64,000 bases of DNA from a virus. A model generated the notes under the pieces. That model was not told the origin of the DNA. It saw only the letters and a program-made list of their open reading frames with translations, and made no database searches. The position numbers and the translations under genes are program-made. Numbering within the stretch: the first letter of the stretch is position 1; every line of letters starts with the position of its first letter. Where the stretch lies: IMG/VR virus record IMGVR_UViG_3300020558_000217, positions 32,001-96,000 of that record; one strand, written 5' to 3'. This document shows, in pieces, positions 46,962 to 56,900 of this stretch.

Positions 46962-48188
46962 ATGAGTAATTTTTCACAATTTATAGGTAAAGCATTCCCA
47001 ATAGGCGGAATACTTAATATGCCATATAGTTCAGATTTATATACTGCTGCTGATGGTACCCAATGGTACGCTTTAGTATCTACTGCTCCTTTTGATTATA
47101 CTTCAGATTATTCTTATTTACCAGATCACTTGACTTCGCCGCATCCTATATTTTATGGCCCGGAAAGCGGAGGACTTTGGTATGGACCTGTAGTTTCACA
47201 ATCTATTTCTATAGCATATAATCCTTCCGGACCTCTTTATGTTACTGCAACTTTTAATGGTAATGCTACTAATGGATTCAAATATTATACATCAACAAAT
47301 GGTTCAACATGGACAGAAAGAACATTTCCTAATTCTAAAACGTATCCTATTATACAGTATACAGCAGGAAAATTTATAGCAGTTTCGCCAAGTTCAACAA
47401 CAGATGGTATTATAACTTCTACTGATGGTATTAATTGGACTTCAGTTACAGGTGTGAGCATAGCAAATATCACAGATATTATATCTGATGGTACAGATGT
47501 AATTGTATTTCCATATAATAGTACAACGGCAGCATATTCTTCAGACGGTGGTTCTACTTGGGCTTCATCGACAATGGCTGCTAGTTCTGGCACTAGTAAT
47601 GCAATCAATACTAATGGTATAGGAAGTATTACATGGAACGCTGGCGCTGGATTATTTATAGCAATAACTTCTACAACAGGGCAATATCAAACATCAGCAA
47701 CAGGGGCTAATGGATCATGGACAGCCAGAACGCCAGCAACCTATAATGGTTACGCACAATTTACAAATTCAACAAGGTTTGCTTCAAACTCAACAACAAC
47801 AGTTGCAGTAGGTATAACTGGTTTTTTTGCAACTACAACTGATGGTTTAACTTGGAGTAATCATGGATTGATTTCGACCTCATTGGCTACTACTTCCGCT
47901 CCTCTTGCAGTGTATCATGATGGAACTAGATTTGTTGTTAGATTTTCTCAAAGAGTTTTTTATTCGACAGATGGTGTAACATGGACAGAAGGTAAACCAA
48001 TTGGAGGAGTATCAATTAATAGCCCAGTTTCAAGCGGTGTGATGTTTAGCTTTCTTACAAACAATTTTACATTGATTAATAAAATGTTAAAAATATCCGA
48101 TGTCACATTAACTACTCCACAAACAATTATTCCTGCTGCTGGACATTCTTTTTTTGCTGCCACCGTAAATTACGTAAGAATCAGATAA
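46962..48188 (+). CDS. Asp-box/BNR-repeat beta-propeller virion protein
   Basis: STNGSTW, STDGINW, SSDGGSTW, TTDGLTW, STDGVTW. Confidence 0.75.
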   Translation: MSNFSQFIGKAFPIGGILNMPYSSDLYTAADGTQWYALVSTAPFDYTSDYSYLPDHLTSPHPIFYGPESGGLWYGPVVSQSISIAYNPSGPLYVTATFNGNATNGFKYYTSTNGSTWTERTFPNSKTYPIIQYTAGKFIAVSPSSTTDGIITSTDGINWTSVTGVSIANITDIISDGTDVIVFPYNSTTAAYSSDGGSTWASSTMAASSGTSNAINTNGIGSITWNAGAGLFIAITSTTGQYQTSATGANGSWTARTPATYNGYAQFTNSTRFASNSTTTVAVGITGFFATTTDGLTWSNHGLISTSLATTSAPLAVYHDGTRFVVRFSQRVFYSTDGVTWTEGKPIGGVSINSPVSSGVMFSFLTNNFTLINKMLKISDVTLTTPQTIIPAAGHSFFAATVNYVRIR

Positions 48189-48212
48189 ATATATAAAAAG
48201 AGAGAGATTTAA

Positions 48213-49640
48213 ATGGCTCAAAGTCAAGAATTAGCAGAATTAGGGCAATATTTATCTGTAAATAGTACTTCTAATACCATTATTTTTAATGGTATTATTT
48301 CTGTTGCTAATGTATCTATGACTTCTGCCGGATTTACAGTTAATGGTTCAACAGTTGTTGTAAACTCTTCTGGTGTTACAACAACAGGATTTGTTAATGC
48401 TACTTCAAGTGTTAACTCTGCTTCGTATACGACTGGCGGAACAGGAACGAGTACTGGCGGATTTGTTGCTAATACCACTCGAATTTTTATTGGCAATAAT
48501 ACTGTTAATGCAGCTGTTAATACTACTGTTTTATATATTAGTGGTAATGTTATTGCTAATTCTACTGGCGCTAACAATGCATTCAATTTAGGCGGAACTG
48601 CTGCTTCTTCCTATCAGCTTAATTCTACTTTAAACGCTAATATTGCCAGTTACCTTCCAACATATACTGGTGTTGTTAATGGTTCTAGTCATACTGTAGG
48701 TTCTTCATTTATTGCTAATGCTACTGGTGTTTATCATACTGGCACAATGAACGCTGCCAGTCTTACAGTGGGAACTTCTACAATCGCTAATTCCACTGGC
48801 GTTTACACTGGTATTGTTAATGGTTCTAGTATTACAGTTGGAACTTCTTTCACTGCTAACTCTACTGTGGTTAACGCTGTCAGTTTAAGAGTAGCTAGTA
48901 GTTTCTTAGCCAATACTACAGGCGCTTATCATACTGGAACTATGAACGCTGCTAGTTTTACAGTAGGCACCTCAACAATTGCTAATGCTACTGGTGTTTA
49001 CACTGGAATAGTTAATGCTACAACGATCTCAACTGGTTCAGTAAACGTAATAAATGCTTCTGGTTTGACAACCTCGGCCAACGTTAATATATCAGCAACA
49101 GGCGAACTTATTATCACTGCTGGCGCTGGTATATCTGCTAATGGCGGATTTGGTACCGCTGGTCAAGTTTTAACTTCTAATGCATCTTCAATATATTGGT
49201 CAACAGTTGGCGGTGGTGCTACGCTAACTGCAAATAATACTGACACAGTTACATATTACTTACCTATGGCCAATACTACATCAGGCACTTGGTCTAATGC
49301 TGTAGTTTCAACCACCAAACTATACTTTGTTCCTTCAACTGGAACTTTGTCCGCTACGATATTCAATTCACTATCAGACGCTAATCAAAAGACAAATGTT
49401 CAGATTATTACCAGTGCTGTTAATACAGTCAGTAAAATGGAAGGTGTTTCGTTCAACTGGAAAGATTCTGGAGCAAAATCATATGGTGTTATTGCTCAAG
49501 AAATTGAAAAGATACTTCCGGATATTGTCAATGAAAACAATGGAACTAAGTCTGTCAATTATGATGCTATCATAGCGTTCCTTATTCAATCAGTCAAAGA
49601 ACTTTCTGAAAGGGTTGAGAGATTAGAGAATGACAAGTAA
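48213..49640 (+). CDS. Tail fibre with a C-terminal peptidase S74 chaperone
   Basis: SDANQKTNV...GVSFNWK...GVIAQEIEKILP...VNYDAII..LIQSVKEL; contains the 23-aa repeats. Confidence 0.88.
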   Translation: MAQSQELAELGQYLSVNSTSNTIIFNGIISVANVSMTSAGFTVNGSTVVVNSSGVTTTGFVNATSSVNSASYTTGGTGTSTGGFVANTTRIFIGNNTVNAAVNTTVLYISGNVIANSTGANNAFNLGGTAASSYQLNSTLNANIASYLPTYTGVVNGSSHTVGSSFIANATGVYHTGTMNAASLTVGTSTIANSTGVYTGIVNGSSITVGTSFTANSTVVNAVSLRVASSFLANTTGAYHTGTMNAASFTVGTSTIANATGVYTGIVNATTISTGSVNVINASGLTTSANVNISATGELIITAGAGISANGGFGTAGQVLTSNASSIYWSTVGGGATLTANNTDTVTYYLPMANTTSGTWSNAVVSTTKLYFVPSTGTLSATIFNSLSDANQKTNVQIITSAVNTVSKMEGVSFNWKDSGAKSYGVIAQEIEKILPDIVNENNGTKSVNYDAIIAFLIQSVKELSERVERLENDK

Positions 49641-50793
49641 TTATCTTGCCGATGATCCAATTTTAGGTAGCGTAGATTTAGACGATCTATTTGTCACTGA
49701 CGCTTGGTTAGTTGATCAGTTTGTTGGTAATCAGATGTGGGCGTTTGGGCAAAACAATTTTGGTCAATTAGGAGACAGAACAATAGTTCATCGTTCTTCA
49801 CCAGTTCAAGTAGGATCGCTAGTAAATTGGAGTCGTGTTGCTGCTGGTAGTGATCATATAGTATCAATAAAAACAGATGGCACTTTATGGGCATGGGGTT
49901 ACGGCGCTCAAGGTCAATTGGGTCTTGGTAATACTACTAGTCGTTCATCTCCAGTTCAAGTAGGTTCATTAACTAATTGGAAACAAGTGTCAGGCGGTTA
50001 TTATGAAACATTAGCAATTAAAACAGACGGCACTTTATGGGGATGGGGTTATAATTTTTATGGTCAATTAGGAGATGGAACGAGAGTTGATAAGTCTTCG
50101 CCTATTCAAGTTGGAACTTTGACTAATTGGAAACAAGTTGAAACCTCATTTGGATTTACAATAGCAATTAAAACAGATGGTACGTTATGGGCATGGGGAT
50201 TAAACGATTATGGTCAATTAGGTTTAGGAGATATAGTTCATCGATCATCGCCTATTCAAGTTGGATCATTAACCAACTGGAAACAAGTTTCAGTGGGTTA
50301 TTATAGCACATTTGCGATTAAGACTGACGGAACATTATGGGCATGGGGCAGAAATAATTTTGGGTTTCTAGGAATAGGTAATACCGCCCATCGTTCTTCT
50401 CCTACTCAAGTTGGATCATTGACTAATTGGAAACAGGTTTCTTCTGGACAATTTCATGTAGCAGCTATTAAAACTGATGGAACTTTGTGGAGTTGGGGAA
50501 ATAATGATTATGGTCAATTAGGCTCAGGGAATTCTACTGGTCGTTCTTCTCCTATACAAATAGGAACATTGACTAATTGGAAACAAGTTTCCTTAGCTAA
50601 ATTCAATTATCACACAACAGCAATCAAAACTGATGGTACATTATGGTCTTGGGGGCTTAATATTGAGGGTTACTTGGGTCATAATGATCTAGTTTGGAAG
50701 TCTTCTCCTGTGCAACTTGGTTCATTAACTAATTGGAAGGAAGTTGCTACTGCATTTAGATCAACTGTAGCAATAACTTACACTGAAATATAA
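49630..50793 (+). CDS. RCC1-repeat beta-propeller protein 1
   Basis: About 7 repeats of AIKTDGTLWAWG.N..GQLG.G...RSSPVQVG. Confidence 0.9.
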   Translation: MTSNYLADDPILGSVDLDDLFVTDAWLVDQFVGNQMWAFGQNNFGQLGDRTIVHRSSPVQVGSLVNWSRVAAGSDHIVSIKTDGTLWAWGYGAQGQLGLGNTTSRSSPVQVGSLTNWKQVSGGYYETLAIKTDGTLWGWGYNFYGQLGDGTRVDKSSPIQVGTLTNWKQVETSFGFTIAIKTDGTLWAWGLNDYGQLGLGDIVHRSSPIQVGSLTNWKQVSVGYYSTFAIKTDGTLWAWGRNNFGFLGIGNTAHRSSPTQVGSLTNWKQVSSGQFHVAAIKTDGTLWSWGNNDYGQLGSGNSTGRSSPIQIGTLTNWKQVSLAKFNYHTTAIKTDGTLWSWGLNIEGYLGHNDLVWKSSPVQLGSLTNWKEVATAFRSTVAITYTEI

Positions 50794-50805
50794 TAGAGGA
50801 ATAAA

Positions 50806-51459
50806 ATGACTGATTACGTTCTTGTAGAAAACAAACAAATAATTCATCTTGGTCCTATGGGTTGGAAGCCAAGAATGTTTCAATCTGAATTGAACGATCT
50901 TGAAGTAGATTTTACTGTTCCTACAGCAGAACCCGGATACATTCAGATCAATGAAAACTTTGAGATTATGCCTGTGAGTTTAGATACTCCAACGCATAAT
51001 CCATTGTTTGAAGAACTGGCAGGTCCATTTTGGACGTATGAAAATAATACTGCTATTGGTCATTACACTGTGCATGACGGTAATATAGATTCTATCAAAG
51101 GCAATTTAAAAAACATCGTCGCTGCTCTAAGATATAATAAAGAACAAACTCCGTTCAAATACACCATTCAAGGAACAGAAATTACTGTTGATGCGTCAAG
51201 AGAAAACAGAAATATCTTTGTTCAGAAATATCAATTTATGACTGACGCTGAAACTGTTGATTGGAAGTTTCCAGAAACATGGCTCACACTAACTAAGGCA
51301 GAACTCGGCGAATTAGTTGTGGCTGGTGCTACTCACATTCAGACACAATTTGATTGGGAAAAAGGATATGTTGATAGTATTGAAAGTTCTACAACTATTG
51401 ACAATCTAAGAAACATTTATAATGAATTGATACCTCCGCCTAATTACTCAGGGGTGTAG
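50806..51459 (+). CDS. Tail-fibre assembly-like protein (DUF4376-like C-terminus)
   Basis: RYNKE...VDWKF...WLTLT..EL...HIQ.QFDWE. Confidence 0.6.
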   Translation: MTDYVLVENKQIIHLGPMGWKPRMFQSELNDLEVDFTVPTAEPGYIQINENFEIMPVSLDTPTHNPLFEELAGPFWTYENNTAIGHYTVHDGNIDSIKGNLKNIVAALRYNKEQTPFKYTIQGTEITVDASRENRNIFVQKYQFMTDAETVDWKFPETWLTLTKAELGELVVAGATHIQTQFDWEKGYVDSIESSTTIDNLRNIYNELIPPPNYSGV

Positions 51460-51461
51460 TA

Positions 51462-52697
51462 ATGGCTGTTACTGGTCCTAACACAGGATTTACACTCACT
51501 GAATCAGGAGTAACGAGTGATCTTGGTAATAGGTATGTTTCTAAAGACTATCTACTTGATGTTTATCCCAATTTAGTTTCTCCAACAGGAAACAGAACTT
51601 CTCCTGGATTGTATGTTTGGGGATTTCAAACCAGTCCTAGTGGCGAGTATTTTTTGGGTCTAGGAGACAGTAATCATCGTTCTTCGCCAGTTCAACTTGG
51701 ATCGTTGAGTAATTGGAACATGGCTAGTTATGGCGATACTCATGTCATAGCTTTAAAAACAGATGGCACTTTATGGGGGTGGGGCGGTGATAGTGGATCA
51801 AGAGGAGCATTTGGTGTAGTTACTAATTTAGGTGGTACTTATTCAACGCCAATACAGTTAGGCGCTGATACAAACTGGAAATTTGTAAAAGCAGGAAGAT
51901 TATTGTCAGTAGGATTGAAAAATGATGGATCGATGTGGGCGACAGGTTATAACTTAGATGGTCAGTTAGGTTTCGGAACAGGAGGTGTAAATGTTTCTAG
52001 TTGGACTCAAATAGGCTCTGATACTAACTGGAAACAATTAGTGTATGGCGAGTATAGTGGTTACGCTTTAAAAAATAATGGTACATTATGGAGTTGGGGA
52101 TTTAATGGTAGTGGTCAATTAGGCCATGGTAATATAGTCCATCGTTCTTCTCCTACTCAAGTTGGTTCATTAACTAACTGGAAACAAGTTTCTGCTGGTC
52201 TTAGATATGGAATGGCAGTCAAAACAGATGGCACATTATGGGCATGGGGTCACAATAATGTAGGCCAATTAGGTTTAGGTGATCTTGTTCATCGTTCGTC
52301 TCCTGTTCAGGTTGGTTCATTGACCAATTGGAAAGAAGTTTCTTGCGGAGGATGGGCATGTTTTGCGATTAAAACAGATGGAACATTATGGGCTTGGGGT
52401 CATAATCCAGCGGGCGACTTAGGTTTAAACGATACTAATAGTCGTTCTTCCCCTGTTCAGGTTGGTTCATTGACCAATTGGAAACGTGTTTTTGGTGCCT
52501 GTGGTAAAGCAATTAAGACTGACGGAACATTGTGGGGATGGGGACGAAATTCCGAAGGAAATGTAGGAGTTGGTACTGCAACAGATAGATCATCACCTAT
52601 TCAAATAGGCACAGAAACAACTTGGAAATCTTGTAATTACGATGGTTATAACACTACTAGAATGACAACATTCGCAATCAAAGACGGATATTTTTAA
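51462..52697 (+). CDS. RCC1-repeat beta-propeller protein 2
   Basis: Same RCC1 repeat. Confidence 0.9.
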   Translation: MAVTGPNTGFTLTESGVTSDLGNRYVSKDYLLDVYPNLVSPTGNRTSPGLYVWGFQTSPSGEYFLGLGDSNHRSSPVQLGSLSNWNMASYGDTHVIALKTDGTLWGWGGDSGSRGAFGVVTNLGGTYSTPIQLGADTNWKFVKAGRLLSVGLKNDGSMWATGYNLDGQLGFGTGGVNVSSWTQIGSDTNWKQLVYGEYSGYALKNNGTLWSWGFNGSGQLGHGNIVHRSSPTQVGSLTNWKQVSAGLRYGMAVKTDGTLWAWGHNNVGQLGLGDLVHRSSPVQVGSLTNWKEVSCGGWACFAIKTDGTLWAWGHNPAGDLGLNDTNSRSSPVQVGSLTNWKRVFGACGKAIKTDGTLWGWGRNSEGNVGVGTATDRSSPIQIGTETTWKSCNYDGYNTTRMTTFAIKDGYF

Positions 52698-53888
52698 ATG
52701 CCAGCAATAGGATATAAATTTCCAATCTATAATTCTGATGGTAATGTATCAACTACAAGCGTTGATATGGGCGATATGTTTGTTTTTAAAGATCAGTTTT
52801 TGAATGCCGGATTATATGGGTGGGGAGACGATACTTATGGTCAAATAGGTGCAAATGTGGCAAATGATAGGCGTTCTTCGCCCGTTCAAATAGGCTCATT
52901 GACCAATTGGAAAGATATTACCAATGGGATTCAACATAATCATGCTATTAAAACTGATGGAACTTTGTGGAGTTGGGGTGCAAACTTTGCAGCACAATTA
53001 GGTGATGGAACAACTACTAATCGTTCATCTCCTGTTCAAATAGGAACAGGTACAAATTGGAAACAAATTTCTGCCGGTGGAAATTTTGTATTAGTTATCA
53101 AAACCGATGGCACTTTATGGGGATGGGGGGCCGCATCTTTTGGAAGATTAGGAGACGGAACAACCGTTACTAAGTCTTCGCCCGTTCAGATAGGAACAGA
53201 CACAAATTGGAAACAAGTTTCTGCTGGTTTTTTACATGGCGGAGCAATTAAAACCGACGGTACATTATGGACGTGGGGTTATAATGTTTTTGGCGCAGTA
53301 GGCGACGGAACAACTACTGATCGTTCATCTCCTGTTCAAATAGGAACAGGTACAAATTGGAAACAAGTTTCTGCCGGTTACACACACACTGGCGCTATTA
53401 AAACTGATGGTACTTTATGGGTGTGGGGAAACGGAGTTAATGGTAGATTAGGCAACGGAACAACTACTGATCGTTCATCTCCTGTTCAAGTAGGAACATT
53501 ATCAAATTGGAAACAAATTTCTAGTGGAGCAGCTCATACTGGCGCTATAAAAACTGATGGTACTTTATGGATGTGGGGTCTGAATAATGATGGACAATTA
53601 GGTGATGGCACTGTTGTTTCAAAATCCTCGCCAATACAAATAGGAACAGGCACAAATTGGAAACAAATTTGCTTATCTAAAACTGGATATTATACATTAG
53701 CAATCAAAACAGATGGCACATTGTGGGCGTGGGGAATAAACGCCAATATTTCTCCACATGGTAATCTAGGTTTAGGAGATATAGTTCATCGATCATCGCC
53801 TGTTCAGATAGGATCACTAACTAACTGGAAACAAGTTTCAGCAGGAGAAGTTAGCGCACACGCTATATCTGCACCAGAACTACCCTAA
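52698..53888 (+). CDS. RCC1-repeat beta-propeller protein 3
   Basis: Same RCC1 repeat. Confidence 0.9.
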   Translation: MPAIGYKFPIYNSDGNVSTTSVDMGDMFVFKDQFLNAGLYGWGDDTYGQIGANVANDRRSSPVQIGSLTNWKDITNGIQHNHAIKTDGTLWSWGANFAAQLGDGTTTNRSSPVQIGTGTNWKQISAGGNFVLVIKTDGTLWGWGAASFGRLGDGTTVTKSSPVQIGTDTNWKQVSAGFLHGGAIKTDGTLWTWGYNVFGAVGDGTTTDRSSPVQIGTGTNWKQVSAGYTHTGAIKTDGTLWVWGNGVNGRLGNGTTTDRSSPVQVGTLSNWKQISSGAAHTGAIKTDGTLWMWGLNNDGQLGDGTVVSKSSPIQIGTGTNWKQICLSKTGYYTLAIKTDGTLWAWGINANISPHGNLGLGDIVHRSSPVQIGSLTNWKQVSAGEVSAHAISAPELP

Positions 53889-53916
53889 ATAGTCTATATT
53901 AGATTATGAGGTCGTT

Positions 53917-55344
53917 ATGAAATCAGATGAAATTTGGCAGTCAATCACTGCTGGTCTTCCAAAAACACCATCACCATCAGAAACTATTCCGTTACCTGAA
54001 ATTTTAAGGGTTATGGAATATTGCTTAGACAATCGTGTAGAAAAATTTAACGCTGCTATTGACCTATTAGATTGTATTGCACCGCTAAGAAATGATATTG
54101 AGTTTCTTAACTTTAAAGCAATGGTCGAGTTCGTTGCAAAAAAGTATAATCGTTGCTTACAAACTTCTGAACAAATTTTAAATCACTATAAAGACACCAA
54201 CACATACTTTAACGCCGGGCGTGCAGCGTATAAAGCCAATCAACTAGAGAAATCATTAGAATATCTCACCAAATCATTAGAACTTGATCCAGAAAATGTT
54301 TCTGTTCTTCTTGATTACGCTGTCACCATTTGTACCATGGGAGACTTTGATGGTTCATTGGATATTATCAACAACATAGATAAATCAAAATATTCCGAAA
54401 GAGACCAGAAAGTAACTGACTTCAATAAAGGTTGGCATACTATTCGGAAAGGCGACTTCAAGAAAGGTATGGCTCTACTTAATATTGGTCGTGATCTTAA
54501 ACTATTAGGAACACATTCTGATAAGTATGATCAACCAGAATGGGATGGCACTACATATGAAGGTAAAACTATTCTTATTGTCGGCGAAGGTGGTATTGGT
54601 GACGAAGTAATCAATGCTCGTTTCTCTAAGATCATCAAAGAACGTGGTATGAAATGTATCATGTCTACGGTACATAACAATCAGTCTATGTTATCTTCCG
54701 TTAGAATGATTGACAAGGTGATTGACAATAAAGACATTCGTAAAGAAAAGTGGGACTACTGGGTTCCTTGTATGTCTCTGCCATATAAGTTAGGCATAGA
54801 CTCTAACGAAATACCAAATGAACCATATCTATTTGCTAAACCAGGATATGTTGTTAAGTGGAAGAACAGAATCAAATCTGATAAGAAACTTAACATTGGT
54901 ATTCGTTGGATGGGTAATCCATTATACGAACTAGAATTAGCCAGAACAATTCCTGTAGAATACTTTGACGAACTATCTAAGTATGACGTTCAACTTTGGT
55001 CGTTACAAAAAGATGACGGTGTTCCGTTTAGATTGCCAACTAATACTATAGACTTGGCATCAGGTTTTGAGAATTGGGATGATACGATGGGAGCCATTAT
55101 GAATATGGATCTTGTCATTACATCCTGCACCTCTGTTGCTCATGTTGCCGCTGCTCTTGGAAAACCTACATGGGTTGTAATGCCCTTACTTCCATATTAT
55201 ACTTGGGCAGACATGAAAAAAGAATCCTACTGGTATAAGAATGTATCTTGTTACCGTCAAAGAGTATGGCAAGATTGGTCTGCTCCATTTGATGAATTGA
55301 AGAAAGATTTAGAACATGAAATTAAACTTAGCAATTCCAATTAG
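53917..55344 (+). CDS. TPR-repeat + GT-B (GT9/heptosyltransferase-like) glycosyltransferase
   Basis: N-terminal TPR helices; WDG...GKTILIVGEGGIGDE; DLVITSCTSVAHVAAALGKPTWV. Confidence 0.85.
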   Translation: MKSDEIWQSITAGLPKTPSPSETIPLPEILRVMEYCLDNRVEKFNAAIDLLDCIAPLRNDIEFLNFKAMVEFVAKKYNRCLQTSEQILNHYKDTNTYFNAGRAAYKANQLEKSLEYLTKSLELDPENVSVLLDYAVTICTMGDFDGSLDIINNIDKSKYSERDQKVTDFNKGWHTIRKGDFKKGMALLNIGRDLKLLGTHSDKYDQPEWDGTTYEGKTILIVGEGGIGDEVINARFSKIIKERGMKCIMSTVHNNQSMLSSVRMIDKVIDNKDIRKEKWDYWVPCMSLPYKLGIDSNEIPNEPYLFAKPGYVVKWKNRIKSDKKLNIGIRWMGNPLYELELARTIPVEYFDELSKYDVQLWSLQKDDGVPFRLPTNTIDLASGFENWDDTMGAIMNMDLVITSCTSVAHVAAALGKPTWVVMPLLPYYTWADMKKESYWYKNVSCYRQRVWQDWSAPFDELKKDLEHEIKLSNSN

Positions 55345-56074
55345 AACTTCTGGTGTATATAACTTTTGGAACTCTGAAAGATATATCAGTAAAGATAAGG
55401 GTCTAATCACTAGAACCTGTATTAAAAGTCTTGCCGCTTCTATCGCTGCATCTCAAGTAAGGCCAATCATATCCATTCACGATGATAACTCTGACGATTA
55501 TACTCTTAACTCTATACACGAATCATTTCATGAATATGGATTAAAGTATGAGTTATATCACACAGAACCACAACAGAACTTTATATCGCAGTATGAATGG
55601 ACTATAGAACAAGATTTTGATTTTGTTTATAACATAGAAGATGATTACCTACATTATCCTGCTGCCATACATGATATGGTTGATATGATTGATTGTATGA
55701 ATCGGCTAAAACCTTATGACTATGCCATGTATCCATTCAACAATCCACACAGATACCAAAGTTTCGCTGCTTTGTATCCCTCATATATTGTAAAAGGAAC
55801 CTACCAGTATTGGCGTTCGCTATTGCATTCAACTCATACCTTTATGTGTTCTAAGAAGTGTTTTGTGGATAATATAGATATAATGAAAGACCAAGCATAC
55901 ACTTGGCATGTTGATGCTGCCGTTGAGGATGAAAGCATCAATAAAGTTTGGAGAAACCAGGAAACAATATTATTCTGTCCAATGAACTCTCTGGCGTTTC
56001 ATATGACAGACGTTACACAAAAGCCTGACTTTGATGATTGGCAGACATTATGGAGTTACTATGAAACACGGTAA
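55316..56074 (+). CDS. GT-A fold glycosyltransferase
   Basis: IHDDNSDD and YNIEDDYLH motifs. Confidence 0.75.
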   Translation: MKLNLAIPIRTSGVYNFWNSERYISKDKGLITRTCIKSLAASIAASQVRPIISIHDDNSDDYTLNSIHESFHEYGLKYELYHTEPQQNFISQYEWTIEQDFDFVYNIEDDYLHYPAAIHDMVDMIDCMNRLKPYDYAMYPFNNPHRYQSFAALYPSYIVKGTYQYWRSLLHSTHTFMCSKKCFVDNIDIMKDQAYTWHVDAAVEDESINKVWRNQETILFCPMNSLAFHMTDVTQKPDFDDWQTLWSYYETR

Positions 56075-56900
56075 GACAGCGGTATATACTATTCTCAAGA
56101 ATGAAAAGCAGTATATCGAAAAGTGGTTATATTACGCCGATCCTTTTGATTACAAGGTTTTACTTGACACCGGATCAGCTGATGGTTCATGGGAAATGTT
56201 GCAAGAGGCAGCAACAAAAGATCCAAAACTAATCATTGAACAAAAAACATTTACGCCTTGGCATTTCTCTAATGCTCGCAATCATAACATGACAATGATT
56301 CCGAATGATGTTATTTGGTGTCTTTCGCCAGACTTAGACGAATACTATTCTATCAATACACATGATCAAATCGAAAAGGTTATTGATCAGAATCCTAATG
56401 CGACTTCTATTACTTCTGATAGGTTGGATATCTACTCACATCATGTAAAGGTCGGACCACCATTTCTACTACCTACTAACAAAATTCATCTCAAGGATTA
56501 TTACAACTGGAAACAGCCGGTGTATGAATACATCAACTATATTGGGCCAGAAGGTTATGATGTTGAAGTTTATGATCCCTTGATTTGCCTTATTCACGAT
56601 CAGGATTTTCGTAAGAAAGAACGATCAGAATTATACATCAAACTTATGGAAGACGAATACGCTGTCAATCCCACAAACACTTGGGTTCTATGGTTTCTAA
56701 CATATCACTACTATAAGTCAAGGCAAATAGACAAATACATTCCCGCTGCTTGCGATTATATTACTTATCATGACAACATGTATGATAATAACTATAAGGG
56801 ACTTTTGAAGGATCTAACCAACTTATATTTCTTTGATAAAGATGTTACACCAGAGCAGAAAGAACAGATCAAATCAGTAATCAAGGGCAAGTCAATATGA
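56061..56900 (+). CDS. GT2-family glycosyltransferase (SunS-like architecture)
   Basis: YTILKNE, LDTGSADG, FSNARN, PDLDEY motifs; helical C-terminus; GGAG RBS before ATG 56061. Confidence 0.82.
   Translation: MKHGKTAVYTILKNEKQYIEKWLYYADPFDYKVLLDTGSADGSWEMLQEAATKDPKLIIEQKTFTPWHFSNARNHNMTMIPNDVIWCLSPDLDEYYSINTHDQIEKVIDQNPNATSITSDRLDIYSHHVKVGPPFLLPTNKIHLKDYYNWKQPVYEYINYIGPEGYDVEVYDPLICLIHDQDFRKKERSELYIKLMEDEYAVNPTNTWVLWFLTYHYYKSRQIDKYIPAACDYITYHDNMYDNNYKGLLKDLTNLYFFDKDVTPEQKEQIKSVIKGKSI

Noticed and set aside
40056-48586. Several minus-strand ORFs within fibre genes (for example 40056-40679, 47285-47608, 48224-48586)
   Set aside because: These are shadow frames produced by the Asn/Thr/Ser/Val codon bias of the plus-strand genes
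49630-53888. Diversity-generating retroelement acting on the RCC1 or fibre repeats
   Set aside because: No reverse transcriptase is present in the window and no non-coding template repeat with adenine-specific differences was seen
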